Of a stretch of 64,000 bases of DNA, positions 1 to 9,592 are shown piece by piece (the stretch's first letter is position 1; each line of letters begins with the position of its first letter). Below the pieces are notes generated by a model. That model did no database searches and was not told the origin of the DNA. It was given only the letters and a program-made list of their open reading frames with translations. The stretch covers positions 4,890 through 68,889 of the forward strand of contig JBDRMG010000002.1 of assembly GCA_043812495.1 (NCBI GenBank). The letters are read 5' to 3'. This stretch comes from Candidatus Omnitrophota bacterium (lineage in GTDB: Bacteria; Omnitrophota; Gorgyraeia; Zapsychrales; JBDRMG01). The translations under genes were made by a program, and so were the position numbers.

Positions 1-129
1 CCAACCTACAAAGCCTTTGATTACCCTGAGATTTCTCGACGCCTGACGACCCAAGAATATGACGAAGCTGTTGTGTATGCTAAAAAGATGGGGTTAACCA
101 ATCTCGATATTCAAGGATACCCCTTTTAA
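1..129 (+). CDS. 3' end of upstream CDS of unknown function (frame 1, ...GYPF*)
   Basis: Open frame from position 1 to TAA at 127-129; no recognisable motif in the 42 aa. Confidence 0.4.
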   Translation, partial: PTYKAFDYPEISRRLTTQEYDEAVVYAKKMGLTNLDIQGYPF

Positions 130-144
130 TACCAATAAGGACCG

Positions 145-894
145 ATGTCGGCGATCAAAACAAAAAGAAAGAAACCGAAAGTCAGCCCGCAGATGAGCGC
201 CCTATCCAGGAAAGTCGGCATGGCGATCGGAGATTATGACATGCTCCAAGACGGCGATAAAGTCATTGTCGGCGTTTCCGGCGGCAAGGACAGCTTCACC
301 TTACTTGAGTTGCTGCTTTATCGTCAGACCTTTGCGCCGATTCATTTTGACCTGATGGCTGTTCATGTTGATTTTGGGATATTAGGCGAAAAAGTTGAAA
401 GATTAAAAGATTATTTTGAAAAGAGACAAATAAAATACCTTATCAAGAAAGTGGACCTGCTCAAAGGTAAGACATGGGAAGATATCGATTGTTTTTGGTG
501 TTCATGGAACAGGCGCAAAGTGTTTTTTCAAATCGCCCAACGGTTCGGATTCAATAAGCTTGCGCTGGGACATCATTTGGATGATATCGCCGAGACGATC
601 CTTCTGAATCTTTTTTTCCACGGAAATACAAGCGCTATGGTTCCCAAACAGGAGCTTTTTAACGGAAAATTAACGATCATAAGGCCTCTGGCCTATATCC
701 AAGAAAAAGAAACTGTGCATTTCATAAAAAGAAGAAAAGACCTTCAATACAGTGCATGCCAGTGCCCCAACAGCGATGTCTCCAAACGTAGGGTGATGAA
801 GAAGTTGATCAAAAAGCTGGAAAAGCAGGTTCCCTGCATCAGAGAGAATATTGTTAGAAGCATAAAAAGAATAAAAGAAGAGTATCTTCCCTGA
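145..894 (+). CDS. ttcA: tRNA 2-thiocytidine(32) synthetase TtcA (PP-loop ATPase)
   Basis: SGGKDS PP-loop motif, LSRKVGMAIGDYDML..GDKVIVGVSGGKDS aligns with E. coli TtcA N-terminus, CxxC motifs (CFWC, CQC). Confidence 0.85.
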   Translation: MSAIKTKRKKPKVSPQMSALSRKVGMAIGDYDMLQDGDKVIVGVSGGKDSFTLLELLLYRQTFAPIHFDLMAVHVDFGILGEKVERLKDYFEKRQIKYLIKKVDLLKGKTWEDIDCFWCSWNRRKVFFQIAQRFGFNKLALGHHLDDIAETILLNLFFHGNTSAMVPKQELFNGKLTIIRPLAYIQEKETVHFIKRRKDLQYSACQCPNSDVSKRRVMKKLIKKLEKQVPCIRENIVRSIKRIKEEYLP

Positions 895-981
895 AACCGA
901 TCACCCCTATCTTTCCCGGGAAATCATCAACGCCCTCAGGCGAAAAAATTATTGCCTTAAATATATGCCTTTGTTAAATTG

Positions 982-990
982 TGCTATAAT
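982..990 (+). promoter_or_regulatory. Extended -10 element TGCTATAAT upstream of membrane-protein gene
   Basis: TGnTATAAT consensus 30 nt upstream of ATG 1021; followed by ATTAAT x3. Confidence 0.35.
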
Positions 991-1020
991 TAAGAAAATT
1001 AATATTAATATTAATAAGAA

Positions 1021-2256
1021 ATGAATAAAAAGAATTTCTCCTCATTGCTGATCGCATTGTTGGTTATCTATTGCATTATTTCCCTTGTCCCCATTTGGAA
1101 CTCTCCCTACGCAAGACAATCAGATTTTCGTATTTATTACTATAGCGCGAAACTTTTTTTTGACGGACAGAATCCGTATGACATGTGGCTATTGTGCCCT
1201 ATCATTAAGATTGCGCATTGGTGCGCGTATGCCCCGGCCGCCCTATCCTTTTATAAGCCTTTTCTTTACTTTGATTTTGAGACAGCAACCAAAGTTTTCT
1301 TAATATTAAAAATTATTCTCCTCGTTGTATTATTGACTCTATGGAAGAAATATTTCTTGAAAGAAGACGCGGATTTATTCTTCTATTTTTTTTGCGTGTT
1401 CGCCTTCCACAGCACGTTTTATATTGATTTGATTTCCGGCAATATCAATCTATTGGAACAGTGTTTGTTATGGATTGGATTTTACTACTTTCTTATTCAT
1501 CGCTATGTGTTATTCGGGGCCTTTGTCGTCGCGGCGTCCAGCTTTAAGCTGGCACCCGTCGTCTTTCTCTGGCTTTATTTCTTGTCTGATGATCCTCAAA
1601 AGTGGAAACATTTCATTATTTTCAACCTTCTATTTGTTTTGTATTTTCTTATTCAATACGCCGTGAATCCTTACCTCTTTTCTCAATATGTCAGTCGGGT
1701 TATACAAACATTACCCGATAGCGGAAGAGTCTGCCCAGCGACCCTCCCTTTTCTAAAGGATTTATTCTGGCTGATAACTAAAAATTTTAGAACAGATTTA
1801 CCGGCAGAAAGAATGAAAGAATTGGCGCATCTGGTTGCAACAGGTGTAACGGCCATTATTTCCATTACCGTGATTCTTACGACACGTAAGGCGTTGAATC
1901 TTCTGAGATCTTTATCCGCTCGGGATAAGGACAAAATTGTTTTATTTCTCTTTTGCCTACTCTATGCCCTGATTCATCCTCGATTCAAGGACTATGCCTA
2001 TATTCTGCTTATTGTCCCGTCTTACTATATTCTCAAGCGTTCTATCTCTTTTAATTTCTATCCTGTGATTCTTATTCTTCCGCTATTGGCTTTTCATTCG
2101 ACATTACCCGGATTTAGAAAATTATTTCCTCTTCTCTGGGAATACTACCCGCTTGTGATTGTTTATGGTATTTGGAGTTTATATTTGGTTCATATTTTTC
2201 GCTTCAAAGCAACTTATCTTACAGGGGAACCTAAGAAGGAAGACCATCAAACATGA
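1021..2256 (+). CDS. Polytopic membrane protein, GT-C-like (possibly DUF2029/GT87 or O-antigen ligase-like)
   Basis: About 11 predicted TM helices, aromatic-rich, no soluble domain; first gene of glycan locus. Confidence 0.45.
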   Translation: MNKKNFSSLLIALLVIYCIISLVPIWNSPYARQSDFRIYYYSAKLFFDGQNPYDMWLLCPIIKIAHWCAYAPAALSFYKPFLYFDFETATKVFLILKIILLVVLLTLWKKYFLKEDADLFFYFFCVFAFHSTFYIDLISGNINLLEQCLLWIGFYYFLIHRYVLFGAFVVAASSFKLAPVVFLWLYFLSDDPQKWKHFIIFNLLFVLYFLIQYAVNPYLFSQYVSRVIQTLPDSGRVCPATLPFLKDLFWLITKNFRTDLPAERMKELAHLVATGVTAIISITVILTTRKALNLLRSLSARDKDKIVLFLFCLLYALIHPRFKDYAYILLIVPSYYILKRSISFNFYPVILILPLLAFHSTLPGFRKLFPLLWEYYPLVIVYGIWSLYLVHIFRFKATYLTGEPKKEDHQT

Positions 2257-4193
2257 AAGGCTTCTTTAAAAAGATTGGCATTATGAACAGCCTTGATGGC
2301 ATAGCGCTTGGCTTATGTACCTTCAACTTCTTTACCTGGATAAGTCTTTTGAGTTTCAAATATTACCATTTCGGCTATTACGATTGGGATTTGGCGCTTT
2401 ATGCGCAGGTGATGTGGAGCCTGACGCAAGGGAGCGCCCATACCTCGCTGTTTGGTATGAATTTCCTGGCCAATCATTCCCAATACATTGCTTTTTTTCT
2501 TGTCCCTATTTATTTTATCTTTAAGCATCCCATGACGCTGGTCGTTCTCAAGGTCTTATCCTATTGCGTCGGCGGGTTTGTTCTTTATTTAATAGCAAAG
2601 AAGAGCCTGAAGGAGATATGGGCCATTCTTTTCATGATTCTCTATCTGTGTTATCCGGCCAATATCTTTACCCTTATCTATGAGTTTCATTTTGAAACCC
2701 TTGCGATTGGCTTGCTGTTTCTGCTTTTTTATTTTTACCAAGAAAAGAGATTTACTCCCTTTTGTATCACCATGTTTTTTGTGGGGATGATTAAAGAAAA
2801 CTTACTTTTGATTATTGTCGCGTTTGGAATTTATGCCGTCTTCTTTAGAAAAGAGCAAAAATTAAGATGGAGCCTTGTCCCCTTGATTTTTGGCTTGATT
2901 ATTTTTTACATTTCTTTGTTTGTGGTGATGCCGGCCTTGCGGGAGCAATTACCTCAAGCCAACGCGTATTTGGGGCTTTACCGTGAATTGGGAGACTCAC
3001 CAAAGACAATCGCGCAGACCATGCTTTTTTCTCCGGCAAAAATCCTCGGCAAGGTCTTTGCGTCCAGAAATGTTTTCTATATCCAAGATTTGTTTGGCCC
3101 GTTGTTTTTAACCGCTTTTTTAAGTCCGCATATACTTTTCTTGGCTTCGCCGGTCTTATTGCAGCATATGTTGTCAGCCGCTTTTCAGGAACATACTATT
3201 TATTATCATTATGCCGCAACGATTGTTCCGTTTATTTTTCTTGCGTCGATCAACTCATTGAGATTGATTAAAGAAAAATTAAGTTCGTTAACCTATCATA
3301 CCGTATTAATTGTTACTATGATTCTTTGCGTTCTTAATTCTTTGAGTTATGGCCATGTCTTTAAAGATCGCATAGCCCAATGGAACGATCCTTTTGATTC
3401 TGTGCGATGGGACATGGTCAAGAAGGTGCCGCGGGACAGATCCCTCGTGGCAACCTTAAGCTTTTTGGGCGAGCTTTCCCAGCGCGAGAATATTTTCTCT
3501 CTGCATACGGTCTGGCAAGGGGCGAATGTTTTTACCGGAAAGAAACCATATCCGAGCCCCGAGCAAGTGGACTATGCCCTCATCGACTTCGATGATCCAT
3601 GGTTAATTCATGCATGGTCTGCAAAACCGCAGAAAACAGCCGAGAATATCGGGGCTTTCTTCTCAAAAAATGATTGGCGCGTTGTAGATGCGTTTGAAAA
3701 CATTGTCTTACTGAAGAAAGATGGCCAACAGAAGGATAAGCTTCTGGAAAAGGCATCAAAGCCCTTGGCGTCAATTGATGATTCTAAGGTTCTTTCTGTG
3801 GATGAAAATTTTGAGCTCATATCTTTTAACTTAGGGAAATCCATCGTCAAGGATAAACATTTTCTTCCCTTGACATTTTCTTGGAAATGCAATCGTCCGA
3901 TCAACGCTCACTATATTATGATTTTGGTTATTAAAAAAGATAATCAGCCCATTTGGGCACGACAAAGGAGAGTCGGATATGCTTATTATCCGACAATAGC
4001 CTGGGAAGAGGGCGACTATATAAAAGAAAATTATTGGATGCTTTTACCGCCAAATATCAAGCCGGGGATATATTCGGTTGAGACGGCCTTCTTGAAGTTT
4101 GGGCAAAAGAAATGGGCGAGTCTGCTGACTGCAGATTCCAAGCGAGTCAGTCAGGATGGATTCTTTAAGCTCGGAGAGGTTAAAATTCCGTAA
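2253..4193 (+). CDS. DUF2079-like GT-C-fold membrane protein with C-terminal periplasmic domain
   Basis: N-terminal YYDWDLALYAQVMWSLTQGS resembles DUF2079 signature; about 10 TM then ~250 aa soluble region; 4-nt overlap with upstream gene. Confidence 0.5.
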   Translation: MKGFFKKIGIMNSLDGIALGLCTFNFFTWISLLSFKYYHFGYYDWDLALYAQVMWSLTQGSAHTSLFGMNFLANHSQYIAFFLVPIYFIFKHPMTLVVLKVLSYCVGGFVLYLIAKKSLKEIWAILFMILYLCYPANIFTLIYEFHFETLAIGLLFLLFYFYQEKRFTPFCITMFFVGMIKENLLLIIVAFGIYAVFFRKEQKLRWSLVPLIFGLIIFYISLFVVMPALREQLPQANAYLGLYRELGDSPKTIAQTMLFSPAKILGKVFASRNVFYIQDLFGPLFLTAFLSPHILFLASPVLLQHMLSAAFQEHTIYYHYAATIVPFIFLASINSLRLIKEKLSSLTYHTVLIVTMILCVLNSLSYGHVFKDRIAQWNDPFDSVRWDMVKKVPRDRSLVATLSFLGELSQRENIFSLHTVWQGANVFTGKKPYPSPEQVDYALIDFDDPWLIHAWSAKPQKTAENIGAFFSKNDWRVVDAFENIVLLKKDGQQKDKLLEKASKPLASIDDSKVLSVDENFELISFNLGKSIVKDKHFLPLTFSWKCNRPINAHYIMILVIKKDNQPIWARQRRVGYAYYPTIAWEEGDYIKENYWMLLPPNIKPGIYSVETAFLKFGQKKWASLLTADSKRVSQDGFFKLGEVKIP

Positions 4194-4205
4194 AGCGAGG
4201 TGTGT

Positions 4206-5090
4206 ATGACAAAACAAATCATTTATGTAGCGCAGCTTCTGCGCATGAAGCAGTGGGTCAAGAATTTCTTCATCTTTTTTCCTTTGATTTTTGCGGGCCA
4301 GTTATTTCAAATTCAATCCGCTCTCGATACATTATTGACCTTTATAGCCTTCTGCTTGATTGCAAGCGGTGTTTATGTCTTCAATGATCTCTTGGACATC
4401 GAGAAAGACCGTTTGCATCCCAAGAAATCAAAACGGCCGCTTGCCAAGGGCCATGTCCATAAACCTTTGATTATCGGACTGATTCTCTTTCTTATATTGA
4501 TCGGCTTGGGTCTGTCAAGCTGGGTGGATCATGCCATATTTGCCATCGCGTCTCTCTATGTCCTTTTACATATTATTTATAATTTTTATGCCAAGAGAGT
4601 TGTCATCGTGGATGTGATGTTTGTCGCAGCGGGGTTTCAAATCCGTATTTGGGCCGGTTCTTTGGCGGCCGGAGTTTTTCCTTCGGAATGGCTTCAGATG
4701 TGTGTTTTTCTCTTAGCATTGTACCTGGGATTTACTAAAAGACGTTATGAGCTTTCAACCCTCAAGGAAGAGGCCGCGAATCACAGAAGAGTTTTGACAC
4801 ATTATACATCGTATCTTTTGGATCAGATCATTATTATCTGCTCGACTTTAACTGTTGTTTTTTATGGGCTTTATGTCTTGTCTCCCTCGGTAACCGAACG
4901 ATTGGGCAACAGTTATATGGTCTATTCGATGGTTTTTGTGATTTATGGCGTATTCCGTTACCTTTATTTGATTCATGTCAAGAAACTCGGGGATGATCCG
5001 GGAGACGTCATTTTCGGCGATTTTCCGTTATTGTTAAGTATTTTGCTTTGGTTCAGTTACATATTGATATTGTTTTACTTTCGAACGTAA
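4206..5090 (+). CDS. UbiA-family prenyltransferase, decaprenyl-phosphate 5-phosphoribosyltransferase (DPPR synthase)-like
   Basis: NDLLDIEKDRLHPKKSKRPLAKG matches NDxxDxxxD plus KRxRPxAxG of Rv3806c-type enzymes; polytopic; ATG 4206 has GAGG SD (GTG 4200 alternative). Confidence 0.7.
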   Translation: MTKQIIYVAQLLRMKQWVKNFFIFFPLIFAGQLFQIQSALDTLLTFIAFCLIASGVYVFNDLLDIEKDRLHPKKSKRPLAKGHVHKPLIIGLILFLILIGLGLSSWVDHAIFAIASLYVLLHIIYNFYAKRVVIVDVMFVAAGFQIRIWAGSLAAGVFPSEWLQMCVFLLALYLGFTKRRYELSTLKEEAANHRRVLTHYTSYLLDQIIIICSTLTVVFYGLYVLSPSVTERLGNSYMVYSMVFVIYGVFRYLYLIHVKKLGDDPGDVIFGDFPLLLSILLWFSYILILFYFRT

Positions 5091-5118
5091 AAGGTAGTTT
5101 GACGTTGAAAGCGGCATA

Positions 5119-6258
5119 ATGAAAAATAACGAAATTGATCTGAAGGCAGTCCTTCTTTCTTCAGGTTCCCTGAAAATTAAGCTGATCAAACTTGCGGATT
5201 TGCTTCTGGGCACTTTGATATGCTTGTTGATCAAAGGAAGAAAATTCTATGCTCCGGAAAATCTGCCTTGTGAAAGGCTGCTTGTTATCCGGCCGGGCGG
5301 GATAGGGGATGCCGTTTTTCTCCTTCCGCTTTTGCGTGAGCTCAAAAGACAAAGGCCGAATATGAGAATCGATATTCTCTGCGAGAAAAGGAATCATCAG
5401 ATTTTTCGATCTCAAAAGGAAGTCATCAACCGAATTTTTTGCTATGATGCTTGTGGTTCTTTTCTTAGCCTTTTCCAGAATACCTACGATGTTGTGATCG
5501 ATACCGAACAATGGCATTATTTTAGTGCCCTGATTTCGTATTTCCTCAAGCCAAAATGTGCGATCGGATTCGCCACAAGACCTTTGCGCGCAAAACTTTT
5601 TCATCAGAAAATAACGCTTGAGAGCGATGCGTATGAATTGTTGAATTTTCAAAGATTATTTACTCCGGTCTGTCCGGATATTCAAAAAGTTCAAGATATT
5701 GATACCAGCTTTCTTGTGTCGAATGAAAGCCAAGAATGGGCGCGGGATAAGATTCCCGAGAAAAGCATTTCGCTTTTTTTGGGAGCCAGTATTCCGGAAC
5801 GACGTCTGACCAAAGAGCAAAGCCTGGACATCATTCGGTTTATTCTCCAAAAAAAGTATGATGTTATTATTTTGGGAGGTCGTGATGTCCGAAAAGAATG
5901 CGAGGATATTGAGCGGGAAGTCTCCGATGATCGCTTGATGAATTTTGCCGGCAAAGTCTCGCTTGAACAAAGCGCGGCTTTGATTAAACAAAGCAAAGTG
6001 TTTGTCGGGCCGGATTCCGGTCTGATGCATCTGGCCTGTGCCGTCGGCACGCCCGTTGTGGCGATTTTCGGCCCCGGAAACTTAAAAAAATGGGGGCCGA
6101 GGGGCGATCCTCATACGGTGCTTACCGAGAATGTTTCTTGCTCACCGTGCACATGTTTTGGGTATACTGTGACGACATGTAAGAAGAGTTACCCATGTAT
6201 GCGAAATTTAAATATTGAGAATCTTAAGAAAACCATTAAAAAAAAGACAATCTTATAA
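5119..6258 (+). CDS. Glycosyltransferase family 9 (ADP-heptose:LPS heptosyltransferase-like)
   Basis: LLVIRPGGIGDAVFLLPLLRELKRQRP and C-terminal GPDSGLMHLA motifs typical of RfaF/RfaC. Confidence 0.8.
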   Translation: MKNNEIDLKAVLLSSGSLKIKLIKLADLLLGTLICLLIKGRKFYAPENLPCERLLVIRPGGIGDAVFLLPLLRELKRQRPNMRIDILCEKRNHQIFRSQKEVINRIFCYDACGSFLSLFQNTYDVVIDTEQWHYFSALISYFLKPKCAIGFATRPLRAKLFHQKITLESDAYELLNFQRLFTPVCPDIQKVQDIDTSFLVSNESQEWARDKIPEKSISLFLGASIPERRLTKEQSLDIIRFILQKKYDVIILGGRDVRKECEDIEREVSDDRLMNFAGKVSLEQSAALIKQSKVFVGPDSGLMHLACAVGTPVVAIFGPGNLKKWGPRGDPHTVLTENVSCSPCTCFGYTVTTCKKSYPCMRNLNIENLKKTIKKKTIL

Positions 6259-6265
6259 TTTCTTT

Positions 6266-7465
6266 ATGGATAAAGAAGCTGGAAAAAAGATCAAAATTCT
6301 ATTTGTTTCGCACAGCGCCCGGCTTTATGGGGCAGAACAGAGTCTGCTCTTATTTCTGACACATATGGATCGGGAGCGGTTTGAGCCTGTTGTGGTCATC
6401 CCGGAGGATGGACTTCTGGCAGATAGGCTTTGCGCGCTAAAAATAAAATATTATAAGATTAGATGTCCATGGTGGATTTCCGGTCGCAGGGGAATATTTC
6501 TATTTATTCTTAAGCTGATCTACAATTTTCTCATGGAAATTTATGTGACACTCCGCTTGACAAAAGTAATTTATACTGAAAAGCCAGACCTGGTCTACAC
6601 AAATACCATGGTCATTTTATCGGGCGCACTGGCAGCTCGCTTAACTCGCAAGCCACACGTTTGGCATTTGAGAGAAATCGTCATCGGTAATCAGAATTGG
6701 CAGTCATTTCTTCCAAAAAAATATCTTTTTAGCACAATCACGAAATTGTCAAAGATTGTGCTTATCGTGTCTTATGCTGTTAAAGAACAATTTTCTTCTG
6801 ACGGGCCAGAAGGGAAATTGAATGTCGTGGGCGACGCCGTAGAACCTATGCAAAACGAATTCCCTGCTTCTGATGATCAGGATTTGGGACTTCGGGATGA
6901 TGACTGGCTTATTGCGTTTGTCGGCTCTCTTCAAAAACTCAAAGCCCCAGATATTGCCATTAAAGCCTTTTGCGATGTTAAAAAGAAGTGTCCGAAGACT
7001 AAACTTTTGATCTTTGGAACCGGCGAGTACGCCTATAAAGAATATTTACAAAAACTTGTTAACGATTGCCTGCTGGACCAAGACGTTCTATTTCTCGGAT
7101 TTCGGTCCGATATCCATAATATTTTAAAAAATTGCAAGATATCTTTGCTTTGTTCGACCATGGAAGCATTTCCCCGGGCAGTCATTGAATCAATGAGCGC
7201 GGGGCTGCCGGTTATAGGGACAAATGTCGGCGGGATAAAAGAAATTATCCAAGACGGCGTTACTGGTTTCTTGGTTCCTGTTAACGATCCCAAGAGTGTG
7301 GCCGAGAAGATCATTGAGCTTTATGGTAATGAAGAGTTGTCCAGGTGCATGGGCTTGAAAGGCCAAGAAGTCATTTCTCAGCAGTACGGCGTCGATGACT
7401 ATGTCAGAAGAATCGAAAAAGAATGCTTGCTTGCTATTGCCGGTAAGCCTGATGCTCGTTTATAA
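6266..7465 (+). CDS. Glycosyltransferase family 4
   Basis: EAFPRAVIESMSAGLPVIGTNVGGIKEII (GT4 EX7E region); start moved to ATG 6266 after the GT9 stop. Confidence 0.75.
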   Translation: MDKEAGKKIKILFVSHSARLYGAEQSLLLFLTHMDRERFEPVVVIPEDGLLADRLCALKIKYYKIRCPWWISGRRGIFLFILKLIYNFLMEIYVTLRLTKVIYTEKPDLVYTNTMVILSGALAARLTRKPHVWHLREIVIGNQNWQSFLPKKYLFSTITKLSKIVLIVSYAVKEQFSSDGPEGKLNVVGDAVEPMQNEFPASDDQDLGLRDDDWLIAFVGSLQKLKAPDIAIKAFCDVKKKCPKTKLLIFGTGEYAYKEYLQKLVNDCLLDQDVLFLGFRSDIHNILKNCKISLLCSTMEAFPRAVIESMSAGLPVIGTNVGGIKEIIQDGVTGFLVPVNDPKSVAEKIIELYGNEELSRCMGLKGQEVISQQYGVDDYVRRIEKECLLAIAGKPDARL

Positions 7466-7549
7466 TGACTATTAATTTGATATTTCAACTTTTCAACCGA
7501 TATGTATTTTTGAGAAAATCATAATCATTCAAGGAAAAGAATTCCCTCA

Positions 7550-9592
7550 ATGAGCGATCGCAGACAATTAAAAATTTTGTTTTTAACACACTGGTATCCT
7601 GATAAAACTAATCCCGTCAATGGAATTTTTATACGAGAACACGCCATAGCGGCCAATCTCTATAATGATGTTATTGTCATTTACATTGATCCGACCGAGG
7701 ATTGCAGGAAGGGTATCTGGAGAATTATTTCAGATATGACGGAAGAAGGCGTGCGTACCATCCGCATGGCTCACAGAAAAGACGGCTTTAGGCTGTTTCT
7801 TCGTTTTTATAAAGCAGCAAGCTTTCTGGGAATTGTTGAGAAATTGAGACAGGAATCTTGGCATCCGGATCTTGTCCATGCCAATGAATATGCCGTCATA
7901 TTTCCGGCATGGTTGATCGGACGAAAATATAAAATCCCCGTCATCCTTAGCGAGCATTGCAGCGAATTCCCACTAAAATTAATCAGTGGTCTTAATGCCT
8001 GGTTGGTGCGATTTTTCCTCAATCGAATTAGCAGAATATTGCCCGTCAGCAAATTCTTAGAAAATGCAATTATTTCTTATGGAATTAAGACACCCTGCGA
8101 AATTGTGCCCAATATTATCCCCAACGATATTTTTTACCCTGCCGAAGAAAAGAAATCAAGACCGACGAAAGAAATGCTTTTTGTCGGCTATCTGAAGCCG
8201 ATCAAAGGATTGCCTTTTTTGTTTCGCGCTATCGCTTCGGTTTCCAAAAAAAGGAAGGATTTTGTTTTACGAATAGTGGGAGAAGGGGAAAGAGGCGATG
8301 AATACGCGCAAATGGTGCATGATCTTGGAATCGATGATTTCGTGAAATTCGAGGGCCGTAAGACAAAACCAGAAGTAGCACAATTAATGCGTGCATGCGA
8401 TTTTCTGGTTCATCCGAGTCAAATGGAGACATTCGGCGTTACGGTCGCTGAAGCTCTGATGTGCGGGAAACCTGTCCTTGCATCGTGCTTACCGGTATTC
8501 GAAGAAAAGATCAATGCCGCTAAAGGTGTTCTGGTCCCTTATGGTGATCTAACGGCTTTAGAGAACGCCATCATATATATGCTGGATCATTCAGAAGAAT
8601 ACAATGCTGATGAAATAGCTTCTTATGCACGTCAGCATTTTGCAAGGGATGTCGTTGGAAAAGAAATTCTTGGTGTTTATGAAGATATCTGTGAGAAGAA
8701 AGTCAAAGAGTATATAGCGGAACAATATTGGGAAGAAAGACTCCAAAACAATCTATCGCTTTCGGGTGTCGGTCACCAGAATTTTTCTTTAGAATATAAT
8801 ATTTGGATGTATCGCGCAAGGATGCGCATACTCGATCAATTCCTTAGAGACAATAGGATCGATGTCCAAGGAAGGAAAATATTGGACATAGGGACGGGTA
8901 CGGGATTCTATATTGATTATTGGTTTAAGAAGCATCCAGCGTCTGTTGTCGGACTGGACATCACGGCGAAGTCCGTCGATTATTTGCGAAATAAATATCC
9001 CCAATATCGTTTTATGAAGGCAAATATCTCACAAGAAAATCTCCCCCTTGACGAGAAATTTGATGTAATCACTGCTTTTGATGTCTTATTTCACATTGTC
9101 CACGATAATGAATTTCGGCAGGCGATTCACAATATTCATCAATTATCCCATTCACAAACAGACATCTTGATCATGGATAATTTTCTTAAGGAGAACAAGG
9201 AGGTTCGTTTTCATGAGAATGACAGAACGCTAGGTGATTATAAGAAAATTCTGAAAGAGCACGACCTGGAAGTCAAAAACATAACTCCTCTATTTTATTT
9301 CTTGAACGATCCTGTCGATATCAAGGGTATTTCCGGCCGATTTGAACGTTTTTGCATAAAAACAATCTGGCGCGTCAATGTTTTTATAGCTAAAGGGAGC
9401 GGAAGGCTTAGGGTCTGCGGAAGATCTGTTTCGTACGTCTGGGCAGCTTTTCTCTATGCTTGTGATTTGATTATGCTTAAAATGCGTCCGGTCGGTCCGA
9501 GTACCAAGTTGATGTTTGCAAAGAGAATTCCCTCCCATCCTGACCATAATGCAAAAGAACGAAGTGAAAATAATAGAAAGTCATATCGGTAA
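7550..9592 (+). CDS. Fusion: GT4 glycosyltransferase (N) plus class I SAM-dependent methyltransferase (C)
   Basis: N-terminal GT4 (ETFGVTVAEALMCGKPVLAS); C-terminal ILDIGTGTGFY methyltransferase motif I. Confidence 0.75.
   Translation: MSDRRQLKILFLTHWYPDKTNPVNGIFIREHAIAANLYNDVIVIYIDPTEDCRKGIWRIISDMTEEGVRTIRMAHRKDGFRLFLRFYKAASFLGIVEKLRQESWHPDLVHANEYAVIFPAWLIGRKYKIPVILSEHCSEFPLKLISGLNAWLVRFFLNRISRILPVSKFLENAIISYGIKTPCEIVPNIIPNDIFYPAEEKKSRPTKEMLFVGYLKPIKGLPFLFRAIASVSKKRKDFVLRIVGEGERGDEYAQMVHDLGIDDFVKFEGRKTKPEVAQLMRACDFLVHPSQMETFGVTVAEALMCGKPVLASCLPVFEEKINAAKGVLVPYGDLTALENAIIYMLDHSEEYNADEIASYARQHFARDVVGKEILGVYEDICEKKVKEYIAEQYWEERLQNNLSLSGVGHQNFSLEYNIWMYRARMRILDQFLRDNRIDVQGRKILDIGTGTGFYIDYWFKKHPASVVGLDITAKSVDYLRNKYPQYRFMKANISQENLPLDEKFDVITAFDVLFHIVHDNEFRQAIHNIHQLSHSQTDILIMDNFLKENKEVRFHENDRTLGDYKKILKEHDLEVKNITPLFYFLNDPVDIKGISGRFERFCIKTIWRVNVFIAKGSGRLRVCGRSVSYVWAAFLYACDLIMLKMRPVGPSTKLMFAKRIPSHPDHNAKERSENNRKSYR

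Noticed and set aside
5161-6050. Minus-strand ORFs (163, 124, 119 aa) inside the GT9 gene
   Set aside because: Antisense shadows of a strongly supported glycosyltransferase; no SD or motifs. The same applies to 42488..42823, 43082..43513, 39528..39974, 30308..30739 and 26428..26901.
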